64,000 bases of DNA from an uncultured Candidatus Saccharibacteria bacterium. Its GTDB lineage: Bacteria > Patescibacteriota > Saccharimonadia > Saccharimonadales > Saccharimonadaceae. Under the pieces are notes generated by a model. It ran no database searches. It was not told where the DNA came from and saw only the letters and a program-made list of their open reading frames with translations. This document shows, in pieces, positions 1 through 10,376 of this stretch. A program made the translations under genes and the position numbers. The stretch's first letter is position 1; each line of letters opens with the position of its first letter. The DNA lies in the NCBI GenBank assembly GCA_947425085.1, contig CANDYV010000001.1, positions 11,253-75,252 of the forward strand. The letters are read 5' to 3'.

Positions 1-2360
1 TGATTGAAGGTAAAGCTATTCAGCTTCACCCGCTCGTGGCTTCTGGCTTTAACGCTGACTACGATGGTGACCAAATGGCGGTCCACCTTCCGCTTTCCGA
101 TGCCGCGCAGGCCGAAGCTGGCGAACTTATGTCTGCTGGCAAGAACTTGTTGAAACCGGCCGATGGCGCTCCGGTGCTCGCGATTTATCAGGACGTCGTT
201 CTTGGTATTTATTACCTCACTTACGACAAGCCTGGCACCGAGACTGAAGAAGTCAAACCGTTTAGTTCGGTCTACGAAGCTGAAATGGCCTACGACCAGG
301 GCGTTATCGCTTTGCAAACCCCGATTCGCGTCTTCGCGAAAGGCGAAATCCGCAACACCACTCTTGGCCGCGTGATTTTCAACGAAGTTTTGCCAAAAGA
401 TTATCCTTTTGACAACTCTGTTCAGACCAGCAAACAACTTAAGAAAGTTATGGCCGACATCTTCGACATGTATGGCGCTGACACGACCGTGAAGACTGCT
501 GACGCCGTCAAGAACTTGGCCTTCGAATACGAAACGATTGCTTCCGTTTCAACCGCTAAGGATGACTACCCGACTTATCCGGAAATCGACGACTTTATCG
601 CCGAGGGTGATGCAAAGACCGCTCTCATTCAGGAACAATTTGACCAAGGTCTTGTCACCGAGGAAGAACGCTATAACTTAACCGTTGCCAACTGGCGCGA
701 CATCGACAAGAAGATTTCTGACTTCTTGAAGAGTAAACTCGCCAGCATGGACACCGATATCGCCGTGATGGTTAACTCCGGCGCTCGTGGTAGCGTCTCC
801 AACATTAAGCTCGCTTCCGCCGAAATCGGTATCATGGTTGATATTAACAACAACGAAATCGAGCTTCCGGTTAAGTCAAGCTACAAGAAAGGTCTCAACA
901 CCCTCGAATCCTTCATCGCCACTCGTGGTGCGCGCCAAGGTCAGGTCTCGACCGCTCTCCGTACCGCCGACTCCGGTTATCTCACTCGTCGCCTAGTTGA
1001 CGTCGCTCAAGATGTCTTCACGACCGACGAAGAGGCTCCGGATCCAGGCTTTGCCGTTTACAAGAGCGAATCCGAATATACTGGCATCGACTTTGCCGCT
1101 CGCATCGCTGGCCGCTACACTGCCGAACCAGTTCCAGGCTATGTTGGTGCTGATGAGTTGATTAGCAACGATATTGCCGAGCAGATTGCGAAAGACGACA
1201 AGATTGAAAGTATTAAGATTCAATCCGTCCTTACTACGACCGCAGTAAGTGGTGTTCCGCGCAAGAGTTATGGTGTCGATATGTCGACCCGCGCTCTCGT
1301 CGCCGCTCACCAGCCGGTCGGTGTTATTGCCGCTCAATCTCTCGGTGAGCCGGGTACGCAGCTGACGCTTGATACGAAACACGGTTCTGGTGTTGCCGGT
1401 TCTGGTGCTATCGCTCGCGGTCTTCCGCGCGTTGAGGAGCTTCTCGAAGCCCGCAGTCCGAAAGGTCAAGCGTTCGTTTCTCCAGTTGCTGGCGTGGTTG
1501 ATGTTCGCGAAGAAAACAACCGCTACATCGTCCAGGTCACTCCTGATACTGGCGATACCTTGCGTCTTGTCCTTGATGGCCGCACTCCACGTATTAAAGA
1601 CGGTGCAACCGTTAGCGCTGGCGATGTTCTTGCTGATAAGGGCGAAGGGAAAGAGCCGCTCATTTCACCGGCCGATGGTAATGCTCAGTTGACCGACGAC
1701 GCGATTATTGTTGTCGCCGAAGCTGGCGCCGCGGTTAAGCTCGATATCCCTGGCGATGCTGAACTCCTCGTCAAGGACGGCGACCGCCTCGAAGCTGGCG
1801 ATCGTATCACGACTGGTTCTTTGAACCTCCAAGACTTGCTCAAGTATAAGGGCGCCGAAGAAACTGCTCGCTACATCATGAACGATGTTATCTCGGTCTA
1901 TGCCGCTCAGGGCCACGAAATCTCCGCGAAACACCTTGAGATCATCGTCCGCCAGATGTTTAGTCGCGTCATGATTGACGAGGCTGGCGATTCTAGCTTC
2001 GTCTCGGGCGACATCGTCTCGAAGGCTGCTATCATTGCTGAGAACCGTAAGCTCGAGGAAGCTGGCAAAGAGCCTGCAACTTACGAAAGCCTCTTGCTTG
2101 GTATTACGAAGGTTTCAATCTGGTCCGACTCGTTCTTGTCGGCTGCGTCCTTCCAGGATACCACTCGCGTCTTGATTAACGCCGCCATCAATGGTCGTGT
2201 CGATCACTTGAACGGTTTGAAGGAGAACGTCATCATCGGCCGCAAGATTCCAGTTGGTACTGGTGTCACTCCGCTCGATGTGACAGATGCCGAAAAGGCT
2301 GAGCTCGAAATCGAAACTGAAGATCTTGAGCCATCCGCCGAAGACGTCGCCGAGATGTAA
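1..2360 (+). CDS. rpoC: DNA-directed RNA polymerase beta' subunit, C-terminal part (5' truncated by window edge)
   Basis: Frame open from position 3 ([12 protein letters not shown]...). Contains catalytic [40 protein letters not shown] and LKENVIIGR. Confidence 0.98.
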   Translation, partial: IEGKAIQLHPLVASGFNADYDGDQMAVHLPLSDAAQAEAGELMSAGKNLLKPADGAPVLAIYQDVVLGIYYLTYDKPGTETEEVKPFSSVYEAEMAYDQGVIALQTPIRVFAKGEIRNTTLGRVIFNEVLPKDYPFDNSVQTSKQLKKVMADIFDMYGADTTVKTADAVKNLAFEYETIASVSTAKDDYPTYPEIDDFIAEGDAKTALIQEQFDQGLVTEEERYNLTVANWRDIDKKISDFLKSKLASMDTDIAVMVNSGARGSVSNIKLASAEIGIMVDINNNEIELPVKSSYKKGLNTLESFIATRGARQGQVSTALRTADSGYLTRRLVDVAQDVFTTDEEAPDPGFAVYKSESEYTGIDFAARIAGRYTAEPVPGYVGADELISNDIAEQIAKDDKIESIKIQSVLTTTAVSGVPRKSYGVDMSTRALVAAHQPVGVIAAQSLGEPGTQLTLDTKHGSGVAGSGAIARGLPRVEELLEARSPKGQAFVSPVAGVVDVREENNRYIVQVTPDTGDTLRLVLDGRTPRIKDGATVSAGDVLADKGEGKEPLISPADGNAQLTDDAIIVVAEAGAAVKLDIPGDAELLVKDGDRLEAGDRITTGSLNLQDLLKYKGAEETARYIMNDVISVYAAQGHEISAKHLEIIVRQMFSRVMIDEAGDSSFVSGDIVSKAAIIAENRKLEEAGKEPATYESLLLGITKVSIWSDSFLSAASFQDTTRVLINAAINGRVDHLNGLKENVIIGRKIPVGTGVTPLDVTDAEKAELEIETEDLEPSAEDVAEM

Positions 2361-2370
2361 AACCGCAATT

Positions 2371-2403
2371 AGACCGGCAAAAGCAAAAATTGCCGGTCTT
2401 TTT
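2371..2403 (+). terminator. Rho-independent terminator after rpoC
   Basis: 10-bp stem agaccggcaa/ttgccggtct followed by a T-run. Confidence 0.85.
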
Positions 2404-2420
2404 GTAGTATAATAATATAT

Positions 2421-2708
2421 ATGGAAGTTAATCAGGAAGTTATTGCTCACCTGGCTGAGCTGTCGAACTTTGCGCTGACCGACCAGGAAAGCACTCGACT
2501 CGTCTCGGACCTCAATGGCATTATTAATTATATCTCGCAACTCGACGAGCTCGACACTTCGGGCATCGAGCCTACTTATCAAGTTTTCGAAATGGAAAAC
2601 GTTTGGCGCCCCGACGAAATCTTGCCCCAAGACGCCGACCGCGAACAACTTTTGAATTTGACTAAAGAAGTTCGCGATAATCAAATAAAAGTCCCGAAAG
2701 TTTTATAG
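2421..2708 (+). CDS. gatC: Asp/Glu-tRNA amidotransferase subunit C
   Basis: 95 aa, HLAELS...LDELDT...IKVPKVL pattern, directly upstream of gatA. TATAAT lies 7 nt before the ATG. Confidence 0.93.
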   Translation: MEVNQEVIAHLAELSNFALTDQESTRLVSDLNGIINYISQLDELDTSGIEPTYQVFEMENVWRPDEILPQDADREQLLNLTKEVRDNQIKVPKVL

Positions 2709-2717
2709 GAGTGCTCG

Positions 2718-4157
2718 ATGAAAACTGCGAATAAAGAAATCACGGCGGTTTCGCTCGTCCAAAACGCGCTCGAAAAGGCGCACAAATTTCAAGAAACTCA
2801 TCATATCTTCACTTTTCTAAACGATGTTGGGGCGATTAAAAAAGCTGCTGAAATTGATGAGCGTATCAAAAAAGGCGAAAATGTCGGCCGCCTAGCCGGT
2901 GTTCCATATGCCCTGAAAGATAACTTCCTGAGCCCCGAAGGCGAAACGACTGCCTCGGCGCACATTCTCCAAGGTTTTACTAGCCCGGTCACGGCGACCG
3001 CTGTCGAGAAGTTGGAAAAAGAAGGCGCAATCATGATTGGCCGCACGAACCTTGACTCCTTTGCGCATGGTTCCTCGACCGAGAACTCATACTTCGGCCC
3101 GACAAAAAACTCTAAAGACTTGGAGCGTGTCGCTGGTGGCTCTTCTGGCGGTTCCGCTGTTGCTGTTGCCCTAGACATCGTTCCGTTTGCGACGGGTACC
3201 GATACTGGCGGCTCGATTCGTCAGCCTGCTACCTTTAACGGTATTTATGGTCTCAAGCCGACCTATGGCACAGTCAGCCGCTACGGTGTTGTGGCTATGG
3301 GTTCATCGACCGACTGTGTTGGTTTCTTTGCTCAAACCCCAGAAGATCTAAACTTACTAATGGAAATTACTGCCGGCCAAGATCCGAAAGACATGACTAC
3401 ACTGCCAGATTTCTACGGCAAAGATAACGAAAAGTTTAACGACCCAATCAAGAAAATCGGCATTATCAAAGATTTTGACAACGACGCTGTTGCTCCGAGT
3501 ATCCGCAAAGCTCTCGCCGACAAGGTTGAGGAACTAAAAGCCAAAGGCCACGAAATCGTCGAGCTGAACATGCCGGCTCTGAAGTATGCTCTCGCGGCAT
3601 ATTATATCATTGTTCCGGCCGAAGTTGCCAGCAACTTGTCGCGCCATGATGGCGTTCGTTATGGCTTCCGCAGCGACAAGTCTGACAATCTGAACGATTT
3701 ATACGAGAATACCCGCAACGAAGGCTTCATGTCGGAGAATAAGCGCCGAATCATGACTGGCAACTTCGTGCTTTCGTCCGGTTTCTATGATGCTTATTAT
3801 CTAAAAGCAGCCAAGGCTCGCACGATGATTATTAACGAATATAACGATGCCTTCGAAAAGTGCGACTTTATTCTGACCCCAGTCAGCCCGAACCCAGCCT
3901 TTAAACTTGGCGAGAAGGTTAACGATCCGGTTGCGATGTATCTAGAAGACATGATGTCGGTTTCGGTTAACTTGGCCGGTCTTCCAGGTCTAGCGATTCC
4001 GGCCGGCGAGACGGAAGACGGTCTGTCGCTCGGTCTGCAGCTAGTTGGCCCGCGCCGCAGCGATGCCGATCTCTTGAAGTTTGCCGCCGAGATGGATAAA
4101 GATAGCCATGCCGGCAGCACCGATTCGCACGCTGACATCTTCGGAGGTAAAGACTAA
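2718..4157 (+). CDS. gatA: Asp/Glu-tRNA amidotransferase subunit A
   Basis: Amidase signature GGSSGGSA...GTDTGGSIRQPA, and SNLSRHDGVRYG. Confidence 0.97.
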   Translation: MKTANKEITAVSLVQNALEKAHKFQETHHIFTFLNDVGAIKKAAEIDERIKKGENVGRLAGVPYALKDNFLSPEGETTASAHILQGFTSPVTATAVEKLEKEGAIMIGRTNLDSFAHGSSTENSYFGPTKNSKDLERVAGGSSGGSAVAVALDIVPFATGTDTGGSIRQPATFNGIYGLKPTYGTVSRYGVVAMGSSTDCVGFFAQTPEDLNLLMEITAGQDPKDMTTLPDFYGKDNEKFNDPIKKIGIIKDFDNDAVAPSIRKALADKVEELKAKGHEIVELNMPALKYALAAYYIIVPAEVASNLSRHDGVRYGFRSDKSDNLNDLYENTRNEGFMSENKRRIMTGNFVLSSGFYDAYYLKAAKARTMIINEYNDAFEKCDFILTPVSPNPAFKLGEKVNDPVAMYLEDMMSVSVNLAGLPGLAIPAGETEDGLSLGLQLVGPRRSDADLLKFAAEMDKDSHAGSTDSHADIFGGKD

Positions 4158-4576
4158 TGTGGCCTTCAGTTTTATTCCTAGTTATTGCGATTGTTGCGGT
4201 TGGTCTGCTCGCGCTTGTTGCGATGACCTTAATGGGGAAGCGTAAGCATGATTTTAATGTCGAAGAATACCAGACCCGCTGGCTTAAAATCGAGAACGGC
4301 CTTGTCAAGGGTCAGCGCCAGACCTACAATCTCGCCGTCTTGAATGCTGACAAGTTGCTCGATCGTGCCCTAATTGAGCTTGGTCTTCCCGGGAAGACTA
4401 TGGGTGAGCGCATGAAGCGTATTGGCGACCGTTTCACGAAAGTTAACGCTGTCTGGTATGCGCATAAGTTGCGTAACCAGATCGCCCATGAACCAGATTT
4501 TGAACTTGATTATGACGAGGCTAGCCGTGCCCTCGCCGCCTTCCGCCAGGCACTAAAAGATCTAGGAGCTATCTAA
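4157..4576 (+). CDS. Membrane-anchored hypothetical protein with HEPN-like RNxxxH motif
   Basis: N-terminal hydrophobic helix and KLRNQIAHE. Stop/start overlaps (TAATG) with both gatA and gatB. Confidence 0.75.
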   Translation: MWPSVLFLVIAIVAVGLLALVAMTLMGKRKHDFNVEEYQTRWLKIENGLVKGQRQTYNLAVLNADKLLDRALIELGLPGKTMGERMKRIGDRFTKVNAVWYAHKLRNQIAHEPDFELDYDEASRALAAFRQALKDLGAI

Positions 4577-5994
4577 TGACAAAATACATTCCCACTATCG
4601 GCATCGAATGCCACGTCCAACTTTGCACTAAAACCAAACTCTTCTCCGAAGTCGACAACGACGCTCGTTTGAAGGAACCGAACTCTTGCGTTTCGCCGGT
4701 CGACTACGGTCTGCCCGGCATGTTACCGCGCCTAAATCAAGACGCGATTACTTACGCCGTGCGCGCTGGCCTCGCCCTAAACTCCGAGATTAACCTCGAA
4801 TCGCGCTTCGACCGCAAACACTATTTCTATCCTGACCTCCCGAAGGGTTATCAGATTACTCAGATGTACCATCCGATTATTGGCGCCGGCTTTGTCGAGC
4901 TTCCAGATGGCACCAAGATCCGCATCGAACATGCTCATCTCGAAGAAGACGCCGGAAAACTGAGCCACGAATCGACTTATAGCCTCGTCGACCTGAACCG
5001 TGCCGGCACGCCTCTCATCGAAATCGTCTCCATGCCCGATATCCACTCCGCTGCCCACGCTCGCGACTATACGAAAGAACTTTGGCGCTTGATGACTTAT
5101 GCAAAAGTCACTTTTGGCGATTTGTACAATGGCAACATGCGTTTCGATGTTAATATTTCGCTTGCGCCTGAAGGTAGCGAAAAACTTGGCACTCGCGCCG
5201 AAGTCAAGAACCTGAACTCTTTCCGCAGTGTCGAGCGCGCCGTTGAATATGAAATCAAGCGCCAGACTAAGTTGCTTGAAAAAGGCGAAAAAGTCATCCA
5301 GGAAACTCGTGGTTGGAGCGACGCCACCGGCGAGACTACCTCTCAGCGCAGTAAGGAAGAAGCTCAAGATTATCGCTATATGCCGGAGCCAGACATCCCA
5401 CCAATTCGCCTCGCGCCTGAAGTTATTGAAGCGGAGCGCGCGCGCTTGCCGAAACTTCCTGCCGAATATCGTCATGATTTCAGCAAGGTTCTCACTGCGG
5501 ACTTGATCGAAGTTTTGCTCGACTATCAGAACTTAGTTGAGAAACTCGCCGAGCTCGAAGATGAAAAAACTGCTAAGAAGGTTGCCAACTTGTTCTCGTC
5601 GGTACTGTTGGCCGAAGAAAACGCTAGCCTCCTGAACGACGAGCTCCCGACCAAAGAACAACTTCTTGAACTTGTCGAGATGAATGACAAAAATGAACTT
5701 TCCAGCACCGCGACTAAGGAAGTTTTTCTGAAGTTCTTCGACCCGGAAATGCATTTCAAAGATACCCGCTCGATCGCGAAAGAACTCGGCGTCATTCAAG
5801 AAAACGACATGGGCGCGCTCGAAGCAATTGTCGACGCTGTGCTTGCTAAGCCTGAAACCAAACAGGCCCAAGACGATTATAAAGCTGGTCAGGAAAAAGT
5901 CCTCGGCTTCCTTGTCGGTCAAGTGATGAAAGAATCTCACGGCAAGGCTAACCCGAGCGCCGTTCAAGAAATCCTGAAAGCCAAGCTTAAATAA
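4576..5994 (+). CDS. gatB: Asp/Glu-tRNA amidotransferase subunit B
   Basis: IGIECHVQL, FDRKHYFYPDLPKGYQITQ, HLEEDAGK, DLNRAGTPLIEIVS, DYRYMPEPD. Confidence 0.97.
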   Translation: MTKYIPTIGIECHVQLCTKTKLFSEVDNDARLKEPNSCVSPVDYGLPGMLPRLNQDAITYAVRAGLALNSEINLESRFDRKHYFYPDLPKGYQITQMYHPIIGAGFVELPDGTKIRIEHAHLEEDAGKLSHESTYSLVDLNRAGTPLIEIVSMPDIHSAAHARDYTKELWRLMTYAKVTFGDLYNGNMRFDVNISLAPEGSEKLGTRAEVKNLNSFRSVERAVEYEIKRQTKLLEKGEKVIQETRGWSDATGETTSQRSKEEAQDYRYMPEPDIPPIRLAPEVIEAERARLPKLPAEYRHDFSKVLTADLIEVLLDYQNLVEKLAELEDEKTAKKVANLFSSVLLAEENASLLNDELPTKEQLLELVEMNDKNELSSTATKEVFLKFFDPEMHFKDTRSIAKELGVIQENDMGALEAIVDAVLAKPETKQAQDDYKAGQEKVLGFLVGQVMKESHGKANPSAVQEILKAKLK

Positions 5995-7778
5995 TGCCGC
6001 CAGTCCCGACGGAGCTCGAAGCCTTCCGGGACTGGTTTGCGGAGCACTTTTCACTCTACGACAAACCTTATACGCTCGACCTCGACCAGGCTCGCGCCGT
6101 GCTCGACGGGCATAAGAATACCCTTATCACTGCTCGCGCTGGCTCTGGGAAAACCCGCGTCATCGTCGCGAAGATCGCCTATCTCCTCGCAACAGGCCAG
6201 GCCACCCAAGCCGAAATCGTCGCCTTCATGTTTAATCGCACCGCTGCGCAGGAAGTCAACGAACGCATCGCCGAAGTCAAGTTCGACGGACAACCGATCA
6301 TCAAACATGCCAGCACAGGGCAAACCTCGACCACCGGCCAACATCCCGCAAAAATCGCTTCAACTTTTCATAAGTTTGCCCTTGACATTGTTAAACTTTC
6401 TGGTGCTCGCCCGGAACTTATCTCCGAAATTGAACATGAGGAGCTAATCCGTCGCAGTTTGGATCAGGCTCTCAAATCCTTAGAACCGAAGCGTCATGTC
6501 TCAAAGCGTGACTTCGATGAACTTTTGAAAACTATCTCCGGCTTTGTTGCGCGCGCCGGGCAAAAGTATATTGGTCAAACTGGCCTCGCGGAACTTCAGA
6601 AAAATGTCGAAGATTATGCCTCGCAGCATTTCGACGATCCTAGCTTCGTCGAAAAAGTCCGCCTTCACCAACTCGGCTCCGCCACCTTCAAAAACTATCT
6701 TCAAAACCTTCGTCCGTCCAAAACCGATTTTAATCTCCTCATGTCTCGCGCCGCCGAAGTATTACATGGTTGCGACTTGAAAACAGGGACTGGCGAACTT
6801 CCGCATGACTACGCCACGGCAGCATCCCGCATTCTCCGGAAAGTTCGCCCGCTGAAGTTTATTATGATTGACGAATATCAAGACTTTTCGCAACTTTTCC
6901 TGAACCTCGTGCTGTCTCTGCGAGAAAACTGTCCTTCGGCGCACCTTTTCGCGGTCGGTGACGATTGGCAAGCGATTAACCGCTTCGCCGGTTCCGACGT
7001 CGATTATTTTATTCACTTCGCCGACTATTTTTCGGAAGATGTCATAAACATTCCGCTCATGACTAACTATCGCAGCTGCCGACGCATCGTCGAGAATGCC
7101 AACGACTATATGCTGGGAAACTACGACCCGACCGCCAGCCGCGCTGTCCCTTTCAACCATAAACCCGGCAAAATTATTCGCCGAAATCCAGATAAAACTC
7201 GTTTCGATGCCGACGACATCCGCGAAGACGCCCTCGGCGACGCTCGCTACCAACTCGCTCTCGCTCGTGCTATCGATACTTATAAAACGCCCCTTAACCA
7301 TCAGCCCAAAAGCACGGCACCCTCTACCGACCGCATCAAAGCCGCCAATATCTCCGCCGATGTCGCCAAACTCCTAAAAACCGTTTTCAAAATCCTCCAT
7401 AAGAATCGTCATTCGGAAATCATGCTCCTCCATCGCCATAATTTCACGACTTTCTCAAATATTACGCTCGAAACTTTTTACGCCGCGCTTAAAATCCTCA
7501 CCATCGAAGAGGGAATTATGACGTCAGAAAACTTCGACCAACAAGTCCGCTGCCTGACCATGCACAAGTCGAAAGGGCTCGAATCGGAGGTTGTCATTTT
7601 GCTTGAAGCGAACCGCGACCTCGTTCTCGGCCAACATTCGAACGCCGACCTCTGGCAGCTTTTCGGCGACAACTTCGTAACCGAAAAATCCGACCAGCAT
7701 CGCCTCCTCTATGTCGCCATGACCCGTGCCAAGCAAAAACTCTACATCTTGAGCACCGACAAAAAATTTGCGCTCTGA
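5994..7778 (+). CDS. UvrD/Rep-family SF1 helicase (helicase IV-like)
   Basis: Walker A ARAGSGKT, TFHKF, IDEYQD, VGDDWQAINRFAGS, NYRS, TMHKSKGLE, LLYVAMTRAK. Confidence 0.9.
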   Translation: MPPVPTELEAFRDWFAEHFSLYDKPYTLDLDQARAVLDGHKNTLITARAGSGKTRVIVAKIAYLLATGQATQAEIVAFMFNRTAAQEVNERIAEVKFDGQPIIKHASTGQTSTTGQHPAKIASTFHKFALDIVKLSGARPELISEIEHEELIRRSLDQALKSLEPKRHVSKRDFDELLKTISGFVARAGQKYIGQTGLAELQKNVEDYASQHFDDPSFVEKVRLHQLGSATFKNYLQNLRPSKTDFNLLMSRAAEVLHGCDLKTGTGELPHDYATAASRILRKVRPLKFIMIDEYQDFSQLFLNLVLSLRENCPSAHLFAVGDDWQAINRFAGSDVDYFIHFADYFSEDVINIPLMTNYRSCRRIVENANDYMLGNYDPTASRAVPFNHKPGKIIRRNPDKTRFDADDIREDALGDARYQLALARAIDTYKTPLNHQPKSTAPSTDRIKAANISADVAKLLKTVFKILHKNRHSEIMLLHRHNFTTFSNITLETFYAALKILTIEEGIMTSENFDQQVRCLTMHKSKGLESEVVILLEANRDLVLGQHSNADLWQLFGDNFVTEKSDQHRLLYVAMTRAKQKLYILSTDKKFAL

Positions 7779-7795
7779 ATGATATAATACTACGA

Positions 7796-8587
7796 ATGAC
7801 AACTTATTATCCCAAACAAATCCCTTATCTCCTAGATCAAGATTTCCGCGAGCGAGTGGACTACCAAGAACATCATTTTACGGAGCTGGACGAAGCATGC
7901 TTCTGCCTTTGGACAATGCGCTCACGCGCCACGCTTGCGGGCGAGGTAACGAATTATATCTTGCCGGATGCTTGCATTGATCTGGTGATAGATTTCACTA
8001 AGCAGACTATCAATTTTGCCGGCTTTAGCAAAGCAACCGAGCCATTTCCACTCACTGGTGAGATCGATTATCTCGGGGCGCGGCTGAAACCGAGTGTGTT
8101 TTATGTGTTGTTTGGTGTCGCTGCGCAGAAAGTCATGGATCGCGAATTGCCGTTTAGTGCAGTTGAGCAAAATTTTAATCTTGCCGATATTTTCCGCTAT
8201 ACCGACACCGATGACCGCCTTCCCTACCTTAAATCATACCTACTAACGAAACTCCAAACCCATCCGACATTCCCATATTTCCAGGTTATAGATGAACTTT
8301 ATCAAGCTCCAACTCCGCAAACCGTCACTACTCTTGCGCAGAGTCTGAATTGTTCGAACGGGCGTAGTCTATACCGTTTATTTATGACCCAGTTCGGCGT
8401 ATCGCCAAAGACCTTGCTTAATATCTTGCGCTTGCATTTCGCTCTAACCTTAATTCTGGAACAGCAAAAATCCCTCGTTGATATTGCTAATCTCTGCGGC
8501 TTTTATGACCAAGCCCACTTCAACAAAGAGCTGAAAAAATACACCAATATTACGCCATCGCAAGTTTTGGATAATTACGGCAAATAG
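7796..8587 (+). CDS. AraC-family transcriptional regulator (DUF6597-like N-terminus)
   Basis: ILPDACIDL at the N-terminus and C-terminal HTH GFYDQAHFNKELKKY. Confidence 0.88.
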   Translation: MTTYYPKQIPYLLDQDFRERVDYQEHHFTELDEACFCLWTMRSRATLAGEVTNYILPDACIDLVIDFTKQTINFAGFSKATEPFPLTGEIDYLGARLKPSVFYVLFGVAAQKVMDRELPFSAVEQNFNLADIFRYTDTDDRLPYLKSYLLTKLQTHPTFPYFQVIDELYQAPTPQTVTTLAQSLNCSNGRSLYRLFMTQFGVSPKTLLNILRLHFALTLILEQQKSLVDIANLCGFYDQAHFNKELKKYTNITPSQVLDNYGK

Positions 8588-8654
8588 CCATTTTGTCTGT
8601 TTTTTACAAGACCTTTGGCGTGATTTTTTATACGATAAGAAAAAGGAGAAAACT

Positions 8655-9035
8655 ATGTATCAAACAATTACCGCAAACTTAATGGTGAAAAATGTTAAAG
8701 ACACAATCGAATTTTACGAGGATAAACTTGGGTTCAAGACAATTACTACCGTGCCGGAAGGTGGCGACATCCTCGACTTTGCCATCCTCGGCAAAGATAA
8801 AATTACCATAATGTTCCAAGAGCAGCAGAATCTCTTGGCGGAGTATTTGACTTTACAAAACGGAGTAATCACGCCAACCTTAACCCTGTTTATTACGGTG
8901 GATGATGTGAAGAAGTTATATGACGACCTGAAAGACAAAGTTAAGATTGCTAAAGAATTGCACCAGACTTTTTATGGCAAAGACGAGTTCGCAATTTTCG
9001 ACAACAACGGCAATATCTTAACGATTTCTTGCTAA
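8655..9035 (+). CDS. VOC (glyoxalase/bleomycin-resistance) family protein
   Basis: NLMVKNVKDTIEFYEDKLGF...TFYGKDEFAIFDNNGNIL, with SD aggag. Confidence 0.88.
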   Translation: MYQTITANLMVKNVKDTIEFYEDKLGFKTITTVPEGGDILDFAILGKDKITIMFQEQQNLLAEYLTLQNGVITPTLTLFITVDDVKKLYDDLKDKVKIAKELHQTFYGKDEFAIFDNNGNILTISC

Positions 9036-9143
9036 CATACAGTGCTTTTATTGATTTGGCGGGGCGCACGACTTACGGTGGCGCACCCTATCCATGCGAA
9101 GGGTGGTATAATAAGACAAAATATAATCATAGAAAGAGCATCC

Positions 9144-9689
9144 ATGCCCCGAGCCAAAAGTAAAGCAGAACTCCAAAAAACCGCTGCCGAAAATTATCAA
9201 AAACTTCTCGACATGATCGACGGCCTGACCGAAACCGAGAAATCAACCGAATTTGATTTTTTGAACGACCCGAAGAAAACCGAGCGACATTGGGGCCGCG
9301 ATAAAAATGTGCGTGATATTTATATTCACCTTTACGAATGGCATCAGATGATGCTGGATTTTATCAAGAACAATGTCGATGAAAAGCTCAGCAAACAATT
9401 CCTCCTCGAGCCCTACACCTGGAAGACTTATGGCGATATGAACCAAATACTCTGGGAAAAGCACCAAAACACTAGCGAAGTCGAAGCGCGCAAAATGTTT
9501 GAGAAATCTCACGCCGACGTTCTGAAGCTCGTCGACCGGTTCACCGACCAAGAACTTTTTGAAAAAGGTTTTTATGATTGGACTGGCACGACGAATCTCG
9601 GCAGTTATTTTATCTCTGTCATGCCAAGCCACTACGACTGGGCCATGAAAAAGTTAAAAGTCCATAAAAAGAATTGTGAAAATAGATAA
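9144..9689 (+). CDS. ClbS/DfsB (DUF1706) family four-helix-bundle protein
   Basis: Start re-called at ATG 9144 (MPRAKSKAEL). Family-typical RDKNVRDIYIHLYEWH, YTWKTYG, WTGTTNLGSY and SHYDWA. Confidence 0.82.
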   Translation: MPRAKSKAELQKTAAENYQKLLDMIDGLTETEKSTEFDFLNDPKKTERHWGRDKNVRDIYIHLYEWHQMMLDFIKNNVDEKLSKQFLLEPYTWKTYGDMNQILWEKHQNTSEVEARKMFEKSHADVLKLVDRFTDQELFEKGFYDWTGTTNLGSYFISVMPSHYDWAMKKLKVHKKNCENR

Positions 9690-9715
9690 TCATAATTTAT
9701 AGCAGCGTCCCCAAT

Positions 9716-10309
9716 ATGCCTAAAATCATTTTCAAAGGAATCACCAAGCCAGACGATCCGATTTTCGACGAAGTCGAGCCGCGCCCGAAGAACGCCATCA
9801 CTCTCAAGATTCCCGAGCACAACATGTTCGTATCGCTGATTTTTGCCGTGCCGTTCTTTCTCATTTGCTTGGCTTTAATCCCGCTCAAAGCTTCGTGGAT
9901 GGGCGACTTCCCAATGACGCGCGGCTTTATCCCGCTCGGCATCATCCTCGGGATTCTATGCTATTTTCTACACGAACTACTCCACGCTCTGCCGCAGCCG
10001 AAGCGGGCGAAAGTTTATATCGGCCTCATTCCTAGCCAGTTTATGTTCTATATGAAATGCGCTGCTCCAATAAAACGCAGTCGTTTTATCCTGATGTCGC
10101 TCCTGCCGGCTATTCTTGGTTTAATCCCGCTAGTTATCTTCCTACTCTCCAGTAATCCAGTTCTGAACGCCATTATGTGGCCAATGGCAATGGTCGGGCT
10201 CGTCTCGCCGTCGCCGGATTACCTCAATGTCTACGAAGTTCTGCGCCAAGTTCCGAAAAACGCCTACATCCAGGATAGCAAAGACGGGATGTGCTGGTTC
10301 GTTAAGTAA
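9716..10309 (+). CDS. DUF3267-like membrane zincin metalloprotease
   Basis: HELLH motif between transmembrane helices, and a C-terminal D-containing motif (SPDY). Confidence 0.72.
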   Translation: MPKIIFKGITKPDDPIFDEVEPRPKNAITLKIPEHNMFVSLIFAVPFFLICLALIPLKASWMGDFPMTRGFIPLGIILGILCYFLHELLHALPQPKRAKVYIGLIPSQFMFYMKCAAPIKRSRFILMSLLPAILGLIPLVIFLLSSNPVLNAIMWPMAMVGLVSPSPDYLNVYEVLRQVPKNAYIQDSKDGMCWFVK

Positions 10310-10376
10310 GATTTGACGCGTCGCAAAACTCATAATCCCCCTACCACTTTTCGCAATTTTATGATAAAATAAAACA

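Noticed and set aside
8595-8612. ttttttacaa upstream of the VOC gene is also present in the FISUMP 3' core, suggesting a shared AraC site
   Set aside because: A 10-bp AT-rich match with different flanks is too likely by chance.
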